A stretch of 53,090 nucleotides of DNA, taken from IMG/VR virus record IMGVR_UViG_3300050121_000130, positions 1 through 53,090 of that record; one strand, written 5' to 3'. Every line of letters begins with the position of its first letter. The first letter of the stretch is position 1. The position numbers and the translations under genes are program-made. The notes under the pieces were generated by a model. It worked only from the letters and a program-made list of their open reading frames with translations, was not told where the DNA came from and did not search any database. This stretch comes from a virus (Duplodnaviria; Caudoviricetes). Positions 27,300-35,955 of this stretch are shown here, one piece after another.

Positions 27300-27353
27300 C
27301 GCAGAGTGACCGGGTTCGCCCGGTTAATGCGGCAAGCTGGTCACAAGCCCAGC
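27300..27353 (+). ncRNA. Twister ribozyme, type P5 permutation
   Basis: GCAGAGTGA-CCGGG(TTCG)CCCGG-TTAATGCGGC-AA-GCTGGTCACAAGCCCAGC: P1, P2, P4, pseudoknots GTGA/TCAC and GGC/GCC, conserved UAA cleavage loop. Confidence 0.88.
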
Positions 27354-27383
27354 GAAATAGACCGCGGCGAAGGAGCGAATAAA

Positions 27384-27590
27384 ATGGAATATGGCAAAGA
27401 TGATTTTATGGAAATGATTAAGGATTGGCAAACTGACAATTCGCCGGAATACGATGATTTAAAAATTGAAGAAGCAGAAATTAACGAAAATGGCAAATGG
27501 GAATCCATTGCAGAAGACGAGAAATGCACTTACTCGCTAACCGACGATGGCACCGGGAACATAGTCATAAATTACCTTGATACAAAATAA
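27384..27590 (+). CDS. Highly acidic 68-aa protein (possible DNA mimic)
   Basis: AAGGAG RBS; about 20 D/E versus 6 K. Confidence 0.8.
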   Translation: MEYGKDDFMEMIKDWQTDNSPEYDDLKIEEAEINENGKWESIAEDEKCTYSLTDDGTGNIVINYLDTK

Positions 27591-27636
27591 AACCAGCCGG
27601 GCATCGTCCCGGCTTTAATTTTAAGGAGGAAAACAT

Positions 27637-27978
27637 ATGAGCAGAAAACAAATATGGTTAAATCCACCGCTTGAACGTCTTGCCGAACAATGCGGACAGG
27701 CCAAAGGGCGCGATGGTAAATTTTCCGCTCGTTTGGGTGATATTGTGGAGCGTTACGAGGCTATTATGGCTAACACGCCCGTCCCAGCAATGACTGATGA
27801 AGAAAAAATGATACTCGGTGCCGCTGTATGTGGAAGTGTATTATCAACAATCACAATTAAATACTTGCATGAGGGTATATCTGATCTAGGTATCCCCGGC
27901 GCAATAGAGTTGGCGGAAAAGGTACAGGAGTGGACGGCTGCTGAGCGGATCGCTGCTATTGAATCATTAAAGGTATGA
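27637..27978 (+). CDS. Putative ribbon-helix-helix-like regulator
   Basis: AAGGAGG RBS; RKQIWL strand, helix, FSARLGDIVERY helix. Confidence 0.6.
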   Translation: MSRKQIWLNPPLERLAEQCGQAKGRDGKFSARLGDIVERYEAIMANTPVPAMTDEEKMILGAAVCGSVLSTITIKYLHEGISDLGIPGAIELAEKVQEWTAAERIAAIESLKV

Positions 27979-28511
27979 ATCTCCGTCTCAAACCAAAAAC
28001 CTGCGCTACATGTGGTGTGGGTTTTATCGGTGGTCCAACGGCCACATATTGCCCAACCTGCCGAGCTGAACGAATACGCCAGCATGATCGCGAGCGTCAT
28101 CAGCGCAAGCTTGCTGGACAACTCAGGCACATTGGATCAACTGATCTATGCTTAATTTGTGGCAAGTCATATGAGGTTGTAGGTGGAAATCAAAAATATT
28201 GTGAGCCTTGTTCGGTGGCTAAAACTAAAAGACACGCTCACGAGTTATGGCTTGCTGAATATTATGATGATCCAGTTAAACGTCAAAAATACCTGCAACG
28301 AGCTAGGCAATGGGCTGAATCGCATAAGGACCGGATGGCTGAAATATTGCGGAAAAGCTATAAACGCCATCTGGATGACATTAAAGATAAGCGCCGCAAA
28401 ATGTACGGCGTAAAATTAAGACCATTAGGGCGGACGGAAATCTGCCCGAAGTGTGGCAACGAGTTTATAGTTTGTGAACGCAACCAGAAATACTGCCCCA
28501 CCTGCAAATAA
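27975..28511 (+). CDS. Basic multi-zinc-finger protein
   Basis: Three CxxC...YCxxC units, Arg/Lys-rich. Confidence 0.75.
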   Translation: MNLRLKPKTCATCGVGFIGGPTATYCPTCRAERIRQHDRERHQRKLAGQLRHIGSTDLCLICGKSYEVVGGNQKYCEPCSVAKTKRHAHELWLAEYYDDPVKRQKYLQRARQWAESHKDRMAEILRKSYKRHLDDIKDKRRKMYGVKLRPLGRTEICPKCGNEFIVCERNQKYCPTCK

Positions 28512-28565
28512 TCCCTCATCCAGCAACGGGTGGGGGATTATTTACATATATAACGGGATATGATT

Positions 28566-29198
28566 TTATTTGGCTAGCGAAATAACATTATTTCCATTCA
28601 AACTGCGTTGATATATTTCACTTTGGTGATCGTCTACATACGAACTTATAAAATCGTACCAAATACCCATAGGGGTGCCGGAATAAGATTGATACCATAC
28701 TCCCATGCCAGTTACAGCCATAGAATATGTTAGCGCTTGATTAGATTGTTTTTCTATAAACGAACCTCCAGCTCCAAGCCTTGCAGTAGTAGTTTCGTTG
28801 ACGGTTATTTCTTTACCCGATTCTGGGTTTTTATCTAGTGGGCCATAACCAATAGTAATGCCGTTCTGATTATAGTCTGACTTTTCTAGTGGCAAAATTA
28901 AGCCATTAGATAAATTTACTATTATATGAAATTCTGATGAGACAATCGTTTTATCTAAACTAAACATATTATCAATAGACTGTGTATTTATAGCTTTAGT
29001 TGGACTCTTATAAAATATCTTCATTGCTACTTTTACTTTGTGATGTTCGTTTCCTTCGATAAATATCGGGCCGTAAACAATTGAATCAGTATCGACATAA
29101 TAGTCCTCCGACTGATTAGAGTAAACCCAGACATATTCCGCCGAACACGGCACAGCCATCATCATTAATAGGCATGCCAATATAATAACCTTTTTCAC
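28566..29198 (-). CDS. Secreted/periplasmic moron protein (possible superinfection exclusion)
   Basis: Sec signal MKKVIILACLLMMMAVPCSA; AAGGAG RBS; adjacent to attP. Confidence 0.75.
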   Translation of the reverse strand: MKKVIILACLLMMMAVPCSAEYVWVYSNQSEDYYVDTDSIVYGPIFIEGNEHHKVKVAMKIFYKSPTKAINTQSIDNMFSLDKTIVSSEFHIIVNLSNGLILPLEKSDYNQNGITIGYGPLDKNPESGKEITVNETTTARLGAGGSFIEKQSNQALTYSMAVTGMGVWYQSYSGTPMGIWYDFISSYVDDHQSEIYQRSLNGNNVISLAK

Positions 29199-29378
29199 AC
29201 GATCATCTCCTTACCCATAATTACCACGCTTGGTAAGATTATCCTGCATTCGAGCGTAATAATTTTAAACAGACCTCTCCCCCACCCTGCAAATAAGCAT
29301 AGATATTGATAGTATTTCCATGTTTTACGAGGTTTATACCTGGTAGGGGAGGGAGGACGGAAATTATTTTTTGAAATA

Positions 29379-29411
29379 AAAAAGCCTCCGATCATTTCGT
29401 CGGAGGCTTTT
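29379..29411. terminator. Bidirectional terminator downstream of int/attP
   Basis: AAAAAGCCTCCGA/TCGGAGGCTTTT. Confidence 0.8.
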
Positions 29412-29431
29412 GGTATAGTAGCAAACACCGT

Positions 29432-29464
29432 TTTGCTAATCCGTTTGCTAATCAGATTAGCAAA
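29432..29464. repeat. Integrase arm-type sites, left
   Basis: TTTGCTAATC at 29432 and 29444, inverted copy at 29455-29464. Confidence 0.8.
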
Positions 29465-29553
29465 ATTTAAACTTATTTAAAAATTAACCATGTGATAAAA
29501 CTCAGTAAAATAGCCACTATATAGGATTTGACTTACTCCGTGGAATGGTTTGG

Positions 29554-29603
29554 CATCGTTGACATCGATGAGGTCAGAGGTTCGAGTCCTCCTAACCCCA
29601 CCA
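29554..29603 (+). other. attP core: 3' part of tRNA-Val(GAC)
   Basis: Anticodon arm CATCG-TTGACAT-CGATG, T-loop GGTTCGAGTCC, acceptor strand TAACCCC-A-CCA; 5' half absent; adjacent to the int 3' end. Confidence 0.9.
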
Positions 29604-29620
29604 TAACAAACGTAGTAAAA

Positions 29621-30859
29621 TCACGGCTTCGCAAGGTTTAACTTGCGGAGCTTTTTTATTTTGCTAATCGGTTTGCTAATCTCTTTGCTAATCTTTTTCT
29701 TTCCAAACATATCATCCATTGCCGTAGCTGTTTCGTTTTGCATATCATTTGCAACGTGCTGGTAGTAGTTGGCTGTAAAACTAGACTTCTTATGGCGGAG
29801 CTTCTTCGATACAATTTTAACGTCAATTTTTTGTCTAAGGAGCAGGGTAGCGTGAGTATGTCGCATGTCGTGAATTCGAATAACAGGCAACTTCATCTTT
29901 TCTTTGTCTTCTTCTTTAATTTTTTCGTCATTATCAATTTTGATATTTTGATTCTTAATGAATTTTATGAAATCATGATAGAGCGAATTCGGATATAACG
30001 GCGATCCGTCTTCGTGGCAACACACATATTCTATTTTTTTAAAGCACGGACCGAGCTGTAATTTATTTAATTTTTGCTGTTTCAATTCATTTTCAAGAGC
30101 AAGAATAACAACATGTGGAATTGGTATGTATCCTTCACTGCTGTCTGTTTTTAACGGGCCGAGTTCTAATTGCTTTGTTTCTCTGTTCAAACTTAAACTG
30201 TTTCTAATAAAAGCCGATCTTTCTGCTAGATTTATATCTTCCCATCTAAGACCGCATATCTCGCCACGCCGTAATCCGCACAAAAACCCCAGCAGAGCAA
30301 CTATATATAAAGATGTAGGTTTGGCTAGGTCAAGAAACCTTTGAACCTCTTCTGGCGTATATACGGCATTATGCGGGGCGTTTCGTTTCGGTGAATCAAC
30401 AGATGCACACGGGTTTTTACTGATTAACTGCCAGTCAACCGCTTTATCTAATGCTTGTTTTAAAACTGAATATTGACATTGAACCGAAGTAGGCCGCAAA
30501 CCTCTTTCTCGCTCGGTGTTTAAATATTCCTTAATTTTTAACGGGCTTAGCTTTTCTAATTCGACACTACCGATAATTTTAATGATGTTTTTAATTTTAA
30601 AGCTATAGCTTGATGAGGTCCCTTCTCTCTTATCTGGCTTTATTTCAACATCAAGCCATTTGTTTAAAAAACTCTCAACGGTAGTTTTTTCCGAAAAAAC
30701 AACTTCCCCACGAGAATAATCGGTAATTAACTCTCTCTCTTTTCGTTGAGCATCACGCAAAGACGGACCAGCATTAATCCATTTTTGCTTTTTTTTGTTT
30801 TGAGCATCGCGGTAGGTAACTATTACAGAATAGTTATCGCCGCGTTTTTTTATTGCCAT
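29621..30859 (-). CDS. int: Tyrosine integrase
   Basis: GLRRGEICGLRW, LKT, RIHDMRHTHAT, LRH, YYQH; N-terminal arm-binding domain; GGAGG RBS before ATG 30859. Confidence 0.97.
   Translation of the reverse strand: MAIKKRGDNYSVIVTYRDAQNKKKQKWINAGPSLRDAQRKERELITDYSRGEVVFSEKTTVESFLNKWLDVEIKPDKREGTSSSYSFKIKNIIKIIGSVELEKLSPLKIKEYLNTERERGLRPTSVQCQYSVLKQALDKAVDWQLISKNPCASVDSPKRNAPHNAVYTPEEVQRFLDLAKPTSLYIVALLGFLCGLRRGEICGLRWEDINLAERSAFIRNSLSLNRETKQLELGPLKTDSSEGYIPIPHVVILALENELKQQKLNKLQLGPCFKKIEYVCCHEDGSPLYPNSLYHDFIKFIKNQNIKIDNDEKIKEEDKEKMKLPVIRIHDMRHTHATLLLRQKIDVKIVSKKLRHKKSSFTANYYQHVANDMQNETATAMDDMFGKKKISKEISKPISKIKKLRKLNLAKP
29660..29693. repeat. Integrase arm-type sites, right (inside int 3' end)
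   Basis: TTTGCTAATC x3 at 12-bp period (29660, 29672, 29684). Confidence 0.8.
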
Positions 30860-30982
30860 AGATAAACCTCCCTTTAAATAATAAAAAAACATAGCATCAA
30901 TAGTGGCTGCGATGTTTAGGTAAATAATCAATAGCGTCTACAATTTTTGATATATTTCGACATTCATTAACAAAAATAGAAG

Positions 30983-31336
30983 TTATTTTTGTTCGGTTTG
31001 TTTTAACGAATCCGAATCAAGAACATAATCAATAATGGATTTGTTTTTTTCTGAAGTATTTTTAATTTTTTTTAACATGTTAACATCTTCGTCGGAGCTG
31101 ACAAAATTAAGCTCTTTTGACGGACTACGCCCATAAAGCCAATCAATAGAAACGTTGTAAAAATCAGCTATTTCTAAAAGTTCCTCTATGTGAGGCATAC
31201 GTTTTCCTAATTCGTGACTGCTTATTGTTGAAGTAGAACCATAACCCATAAATTTTTGAACGTCCTTTTGAAGGTATCCAGCTTCTTCGCGTGCTTGTCT
31301 CAATCTAGCACCTACCAATTTAGCCGTGTTTTTCAT
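30983..31336 (-). CDS. CI-like XRE repressor
   Basis: RLRQARE...QKDV...STISSHELGKRMP...IADFYNVSIDWLYGR; divergent from cro. Confidence 0.9.
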   Translation of the reverse strand: MKNTAKLVGARLRQAREEAGYLQKDVQKFMGYGSTSTISSHELGKRMPHIEELLEIADFYNVSIDWLYGRSPSKELNFVSSDEDVNMLKKIKNTSEKNKSIIDYVLDSDSLKQTEQK

Positions 31337-31381
31337 TTATTCCTCCTCCTTCTATAAATATTTGTCTATGCCATAATATTA

Positions 31382-31461
31382 CCACAAAAAGCGAGATTAT
31401 CAATGTTTTTTTCGCAAAAAGCAAAATAAATGTTGAACTTCGCAAAAAGCGATGTTATAAT
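31382..31461. promoter_or_regulatory. Lysis/lysogeny switch: operators and rightward promoter
   Basis: TCGC-AAAAA-GCGA type sites at 31382, 31412, 31440; TTGAAC-17-TATAAT (31433-31461). Confidence 0.8.
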
Positions 31462-31507
31462 AAAAATTGTAAAAAGATAGAATAAATAATCGAAGGGTGG
31501 TGATAAT

Positions 31508-31738
31508 ATGAATTTAGGATCGAATATACGCAAAATAAGGGTTTCAAAAGGAATTACTCAACAATATATCGTTCAAAAGGTCGGTAAATACCCTTCTTGG
31601 CTGTCAGAAATCGAAGCTGGAAACACTCGGTTGCTTGCGGACGACTTAGGAGATTTGGCTGATGCGCTGAATGTGTCGATTGTTGAATTTTTTTCGCCTG
31701 ATAATATCGCAAAAAGCGAAGTCGAGGAGACAAAATAA
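31508..31738 (+). CDS. Cro-like XRE HTH protein
   Basis: IRKIRVSKGITQ...WLSEIEAG...LADALNVSIVEFF. Confidence 0.88.
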   Translation: MNLGSNIRKIRVSKGITQQYIVQKVGKYPSWLSEIEAGNTRLLADDLGDLADALNVSIVEFFSPDNIAKSEVEETK

Positions 31739-31740
31739 CA

Positions 31741-31917
31741 ATGTTCGAGGACTCCAAAATATATACCGCCAAAGAATTAGCCGAAAAAATTAAAATGTCG
31801 GTTTCTTGGATATACGAACAAATCATCCAAAATAAAATTCCTCATGTGAAAATGGGGAACAGAGCAAGGTTTTTAGGTTGGAGATTAAACGAGTGGATAA
31901 AGGAAGGGATGAAGTGA
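31741..31917 (+). CDS. xis: Excisionase-like HTH protein (58 aa)
   Basis: YTAKELAEKIKMSVSWIYEQIIQNKIPHVKMGNRARF...LNEWI; not in ORF track. Confidence 0.8.
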   Translation: MFEDSKIYTAKELAEKIKMSVSWIYEQIIQNKIPHVKMGNRARFLGWRLNEWIKEGMK

Positions 31918-32744
31918 ACAAATTAGCCTTAGTCAAATCAGAAGACTTTCACGGTGTACAATGTGACTTTTGGAAGGGCGATTCAGACAACTATTTTATG
32001 ACATTGGCGCAATTGTCCCAAGCACTTGAATATGCGAGCAAGAGCGCAATTGAAAAGATACTAGCTCGTAATGAATATCTTAAAAGTACCGAGTTTTCAA
32101 CTACCTACAAATTGTCGGTAGGGGGTACGGACAAAACGGGGGTACCTCAAACCGAACAAGAAACCCGCGTTTTCACCGAAGACGGTATCTATGAAGTGAC
32201 CATGTTAGCCAAGACCGACCGTGCCAAAGAGTTCCGCGCCAAGGTTCGCCAAATCCTTAAAGACCTGCGCCAAGGTAAAGTTAAAGCTTTCAAACAAATT
32301 GACCCGCGCCTAATCGAAGCCAGAGAGAAAAACGCACAGGCCCGTCTCATGAACGCTAAGCGAAAAGATGCAGAGTTTCTTATCTCACAGGTTGGCAGGT
32401 TATCCCCGCAATCGGCAGAGTTAGTCAGAATTAACGCCATTGAAATGATTGCTGGCAAAGGGTTTCTCCCTAGACCTAAAACCGAAAAGCATTACACGGC
32501 TGGTGACATTGCAAAAGAAGCCGGAATATCAGCCAATATGGTTGGGAAGATAGCGAATGCGAACGGCTTTAAAACGGCTGAATATGGCTGTGTGGTGCTG
32601 GATAAGTCGAAGTATAGTGATAAGCAAGTTGAGACGTTTCGATATAACGAGGCGGGAAGAACGGCGATATTGGGAGCTATTCCAAAGCGGCCATATCCTA
32701 CCACAGAAGAAATGCTAAACACTCAGTTAACATCGTTGATATAA
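31914..32744 (+). CDS. Antirepressor (BRO-like N-terminus)
   Basis: MTLAQLSQALEY...FTEDGIYEVTMLAKTDRAKEFR; C-terminal YTAGDIAKEAGISANMVGKIAN. Confidence 0.85.
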   Translation: MNKLALVKSEDFHGVQCDFWKGDSDNYFMTLAQLSQALEYASKSAIEKILARNEYLKSTEFSTTYKLSVGGTDKTGVPQTEQETRVFTEDGIYEVTMLAKTDRAKEFRAKVRQILKDLRQGKVKAFKQIDPRLIEAREKNAQARLMNAKRKDAEFLISQVGRLSPQSAELVRINAIEMIAGKGFLPRPKTEKHYTAGDIAKEAGISANMVGKIANANGFKTAEYGCVVLDKSKYSDKQVETFRYNEAGRTAILGAIPKRPYPTTEEMLNTQLTSLI

Positions 32745-32808
32745 AGTCAGCCTAGCCGGACCTAATCTCCGGCGAATAAATGTTGGACAAGCAAAGCGAG
32801 GTGAAAAC

Positions 32809-33795
32809 ATGTCAAACAGATATCAATTCATGCCGGACTTATCGCCTGAAGATTACACCGAACTTAAAAACGATATTACCAAGCGAGGGGTCCAGGTTGC
32901 GATTGAGTATGACGAAGATGGAAACATACTCGACGGCCATCATCGGTTGAAAATTTGTGAAGAACTGGGATTAACTGACTGGCCTAAAGTCGTTAGGGTG
33001 GGGATGACAGAAGCGCAAAAACGAGAACACGCCCGCAAATTAAACATGGCCCGCCGGCAGTTAAATAGGGAGCAACGGCAGGAGTTGATTCGCCAGCAGT
33101 TGCAGGAAACGCCTGAAAAGAGTGATAGGCAGATTGCAACAGGGTTAGGAGTGGCAAATAGTACCGTATCGCGTACCCGCGAAAAAATGGAAGATGAAAA
33201 TCAACTGTTGCAAAGCCACAGTTCAATCGGTGCTGATGGGAAAGAGCGTCCCCGCCAAGTCGAACGTAAACCTATAACCATCTTCAATCCTACGGAATCA
33301 AAAATAATCTCCGCAAAAGAATTAGTTCAAAATGCCTCCCCTGAATTGGTACAGGCTGTTGCTGGAAACAAAGTGCCGTTAATGCAAGCTTTTTCAGTAG
33401 CTTCTAGTTCCACGCCAGAGCAACAGACGGAAGCGCTTAAACGTCTAGAAGATGGCAAAGTACCTTATTTGATGGAGGGACTTAATCAACAGAAGATGGA
33501 GGAATATTTAAACCTAACACCCGAGCAGCTTCAAGAATCACGTCAACGTATTAGTGATGGTGATAAGAGGATTGATAACGAATTTAGGTTGTCGAAGCAA
33601 ATTGACAAAGCAATATTTGCCATCTTAAGTATTCAGCCAAACGAAATAGAAGAATCCGTACAATACTGGTTAGAGCATACTCGGGAATTTGATGAAAGAG
33701 ACCAAATTATTATTGATATTTCTGATTGCCTTGAACGATTGCGGTTACTCAAAGTGGCATTTTCAAAAACAAAAACTTTAAAGGTGGTGAGATAG
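32809..33795 (+). CDS. ParB-N domain protein with HTH
   Basis: LKNDI..RGV...ILDGHHRLKIC...N.ARRQL; SDRQIATGLGVANSTVSRTR. Confidence 0.85.
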   Translation: MSNRYQFMPDLSPEDYTELKNDITKRGVQVAIEYDEDGNILDGHHRLKICEELGLTDWPKVVRVGMTEAQKREHARKLNMARRQLNREQRQELIRQQLQETPEKSDRQIATGLGVANSTVSRTREKMEDENQLLQSHSSIGADGKERPRQVERKPITIFNPTESKIISAKELVQNASPELVQAVAGNKVPLMQAFSVASSSTPEQQTEALKRLEDGKVPYLMEGLNQQKMEEYLNLTPEQLQESRQRISDGDKRIDNEFRLSKQIDKAIFAILSIQPNEIEESVQYWLEHTREFDERDQIIIDISDCLERLRLLKVAFSKTKTLKVVR

Positions 33796-34203
33796 ATGAA
33801 GAAAAAAGCAACACCCAAATCGGCTATTTGTGAATGGATTCGCGAAAACAACATAACGAATCAAGCTGATATTGTCGCTCGGTGCAAGGCTTGCATGGAC
33901 AAACCTAATCCGCAAAAACTTGAAGATCAGCATTGGAACCGCATGGCAAATTCAGTAACGGCGTTAGTTCGCGATAAAAATAACGTTAGAATCGCGTTTT
34001 CCATTCACGGAAGTAAGGGAGCGGAAGTTCATAATATCGAAAAAACTCTTGATTCTGACGCACTCAAAATAATCCGCAAGCGATACGACTTGAATATAAA
34101 AGGTAGCGTAAGATCATTGGCTAAGATCAAGATGCGTCAAGCTGAACTTGCTGGACAAACTTCGTTCGTTTTTGAGTCAACCCAGACCCCACACAATATG
34201 TAG
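33796..34203 (+). CDS. Hypothetical basic protein coupled to the ParB-like gene
   Basis: Starts immediately after the stop; RBS AAGGTGG. Confidence 0.75.
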   Translation: MKKKATPKSAICEWIRENNITNQADIVARCKACMDKPNPQKLEDQHWNRMANSVTALVRDKNNVRIAFSIHGSKGAEVHNIEKTLDSDALKIIRKRYDLNIKGSVRSLAKIKMRQAELAGQTSFVFESTQTPHNM

Positions 34204-34403
34204 GATGTGCTGGAGATACAAAAATTATGCACAAAAGGAGATAAATTTATGACAGAGCAAAAAAATACCGCCGCTGCTGAAGACAGAGACGGGGAAGTTG
34301 AATTGGTACAGTGTTCAAAGTGTATGGGTTGTATGGTACCGGAAATATTGGAAAATGGTGAATGTCCATATTGCGGGGAGAAGTTAACAGATGCTGACCG
34401 GAT

Positions 34404-34616
34404 TTAAATTTCTAAAATTTTATTTCTCTTGAAGCCTTTTGGCTTAACTGCTTTTCCTTTATCCTCAGGCCAACCAAGAGTATATCGGGTATTGCGAAGA
34501 TCAAACAGTCCCGGCCCCGTTTCAATCAATAACCATCCGTTTGCAAGAAAGATATCAATATATTCTTTGATAGATTCATCTGTTCTGGGAGTCGAATTAA
34601 AATAAGTTACTTCCAT
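34404..34616 (-). CDS. Antisense moron protein
   Basis: AAGGAGGT RBS; sigmaH-like promoter upstream. Confidence 0.75.
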   Translation of the reverse strand: MEVTYFNSTPRTDESIKEYIDIFLANGWLLIETGPGLFDLRNTRYTLGWPEDKGKAVKPKGFKRNKILEI

Positions 34617-34641
34617 ATCAATTACCTCCTTAAAACAGTTG

Positions 34642-34666
34642 ATTCGACAAAAACCATAATTTTCCT
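34642..34666 (-). promoter_or_regulatory. SigmaH-like promoter
   Basis: Minus strand AGGAAAATTATGGTTTTTGTCGAAT. Confidence 0.65.
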
Positions 34667-35228
34667 AGGAAGGTGATAACAAACGTGTTTTGTGTTTGGC
34701 TAGTAATAGCAGCAGTTTTGGTATTTCGGTTAGGAGGCGATTAGATGCAGGAGTTGTTCCGAGCTATTGATGCCGGGCAGTATGATGGCGTGATGTTTAT
34801 CGTATTTATAGTACTGTTTTTCAGCATGATGGAATTTAGAACTTGGAGGTGAAAGCCGTGGAAATAAACCAGATTCAAAACATTCGTTTTTCGTTAAAAG
34901 CAAAATCGGTACAACCTTGGCATGTGAAGTATGCGGGATATATTTGGTGGATCGTAGCCATCGCGGCTGTTGTGTGGTCTCAACCATGAATCCCTGCACT
35001 GTCAGACAGGCCACGCCCGAGGAACTAAAAAACCTGCCGGAACCACCAGCAAAGCCGTTACCAAGTTACACCGATTACGTTAATCGCAGACGAAATTTAA
35101 AGAAAGGATTGTATGTAAGATGCCAAGGATATCAACGGAAATAAAAAAGAAACCATCTGTGCTCGAACACAGACGATTCCAAGGAAAAACACCTGATTCG
35201 ATTATATCACATTTTTGGAGGCAAATAA

Positions 35229-35498
35229 ATGACTATCACAACACATGATTGTCGGCTTGCCAATGACTATGAATATCGCAAGGGCTACGCATACGGAATT
35301 GATCATGATTTCGTATATGATGTAATGTCTGCGGACGAATTAATCAGTTTTTCAAAAATTTATAAATCGTTTGAAACGGAATACTCCGATGGCTTGGCGT
35401 TCTATTTGTGGGAAACAGCCGTCAATAAAGGAGCAATCATCTATGATCCAGACACCACCCAAACAAATTCACACGTGGTATCGTCGGGGATACGTTGA
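35229..35498 (+). CDS. Hypothetical protein
   Basis: GGAGG RBS. Confidence 0.65.
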   Translation: MTITTHDCRLANDYEYRKGYAYGIDHDFVYDVMSADELISFSKIYKSFETEYSDGLAFYLWETAVNKGAIIYDPDTTQTNSHVVSSGIR

Positions 35499-35531
35499 GG
35501 TTGGTAGGGTGATTTGGAGTAATGGTCAGAT

Positions 35532-35792
35532 ATGCGTGTACATGGAATCGAGGCGAATTTTATGCGTCCGATAATCAGCGAAATCAGATCATCGTGTCCA
35601 ATGTGTGGACAGGCGGGACGGTTTTTAAGCAAATATAAAAACAATAAATTAACGCTAATTTGTAATGATTGCAACAAAACGTGGATCAGCCTGTCAGGGA
35701 CGTGTCCAGTTTGTGGGGAAGCGAATGGGTATCCGGCGGATGGGGTTTGTGAGGTTTGTTATGAAAAGAGGTTAGGAAATGGATTTAAGTAA
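35532..35792 (+). CDS. Zinc-finger protein
   Basis: Four CxxC motifs. Confidence 0.65.
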   Translation: MRVHGIEANFMRPIISEIRSSCPMCGQAGRFLSKYKNNKLTLICNDCNKTWISLSGTCPVCGEANGYPADGVCEVCYEKRLGNGFK

Positions 35793-35955
35793 AGTATCGA
35801 CACGTGATTTAGTGGACGCCTTGCAGGATCGTAGCAATGTTGAATACATAACCAACGTTAGAAGCTCCAAGGGCTACGTAGTGGCGGTTGAAAACGGCGG
35901 GATGAGGACAGGGCAAGGTGAGGTAATAATTTTAGCGGTAAAGGGGTTGTATTGA
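35779..35955 (+). CDS. BC1881-like small phage protein
   Basis: MDLSKVSTRDLVDALQDR; not in ORF track. Confidence 0.6.
   Translation: MDLSKVSTRDLVDALQDRSNVEYITNVRSSKGYVVAVENGGMRTGQGEVIILAVKGLY

Noticed and set aside
29272-29357. Imperfect inverted repeat CCTCTCCCC/GGGGAGGGAGG as a MITE
   Set aside because: Short, low-complexity, no target duplication; the overlapping 77-aa ORF is also unsupported
29530-29603. Complete tRNA-Val gene
   Set aside because: No 5' acceptor strand or D-arm pairing with TAACCCC; it is the attP core
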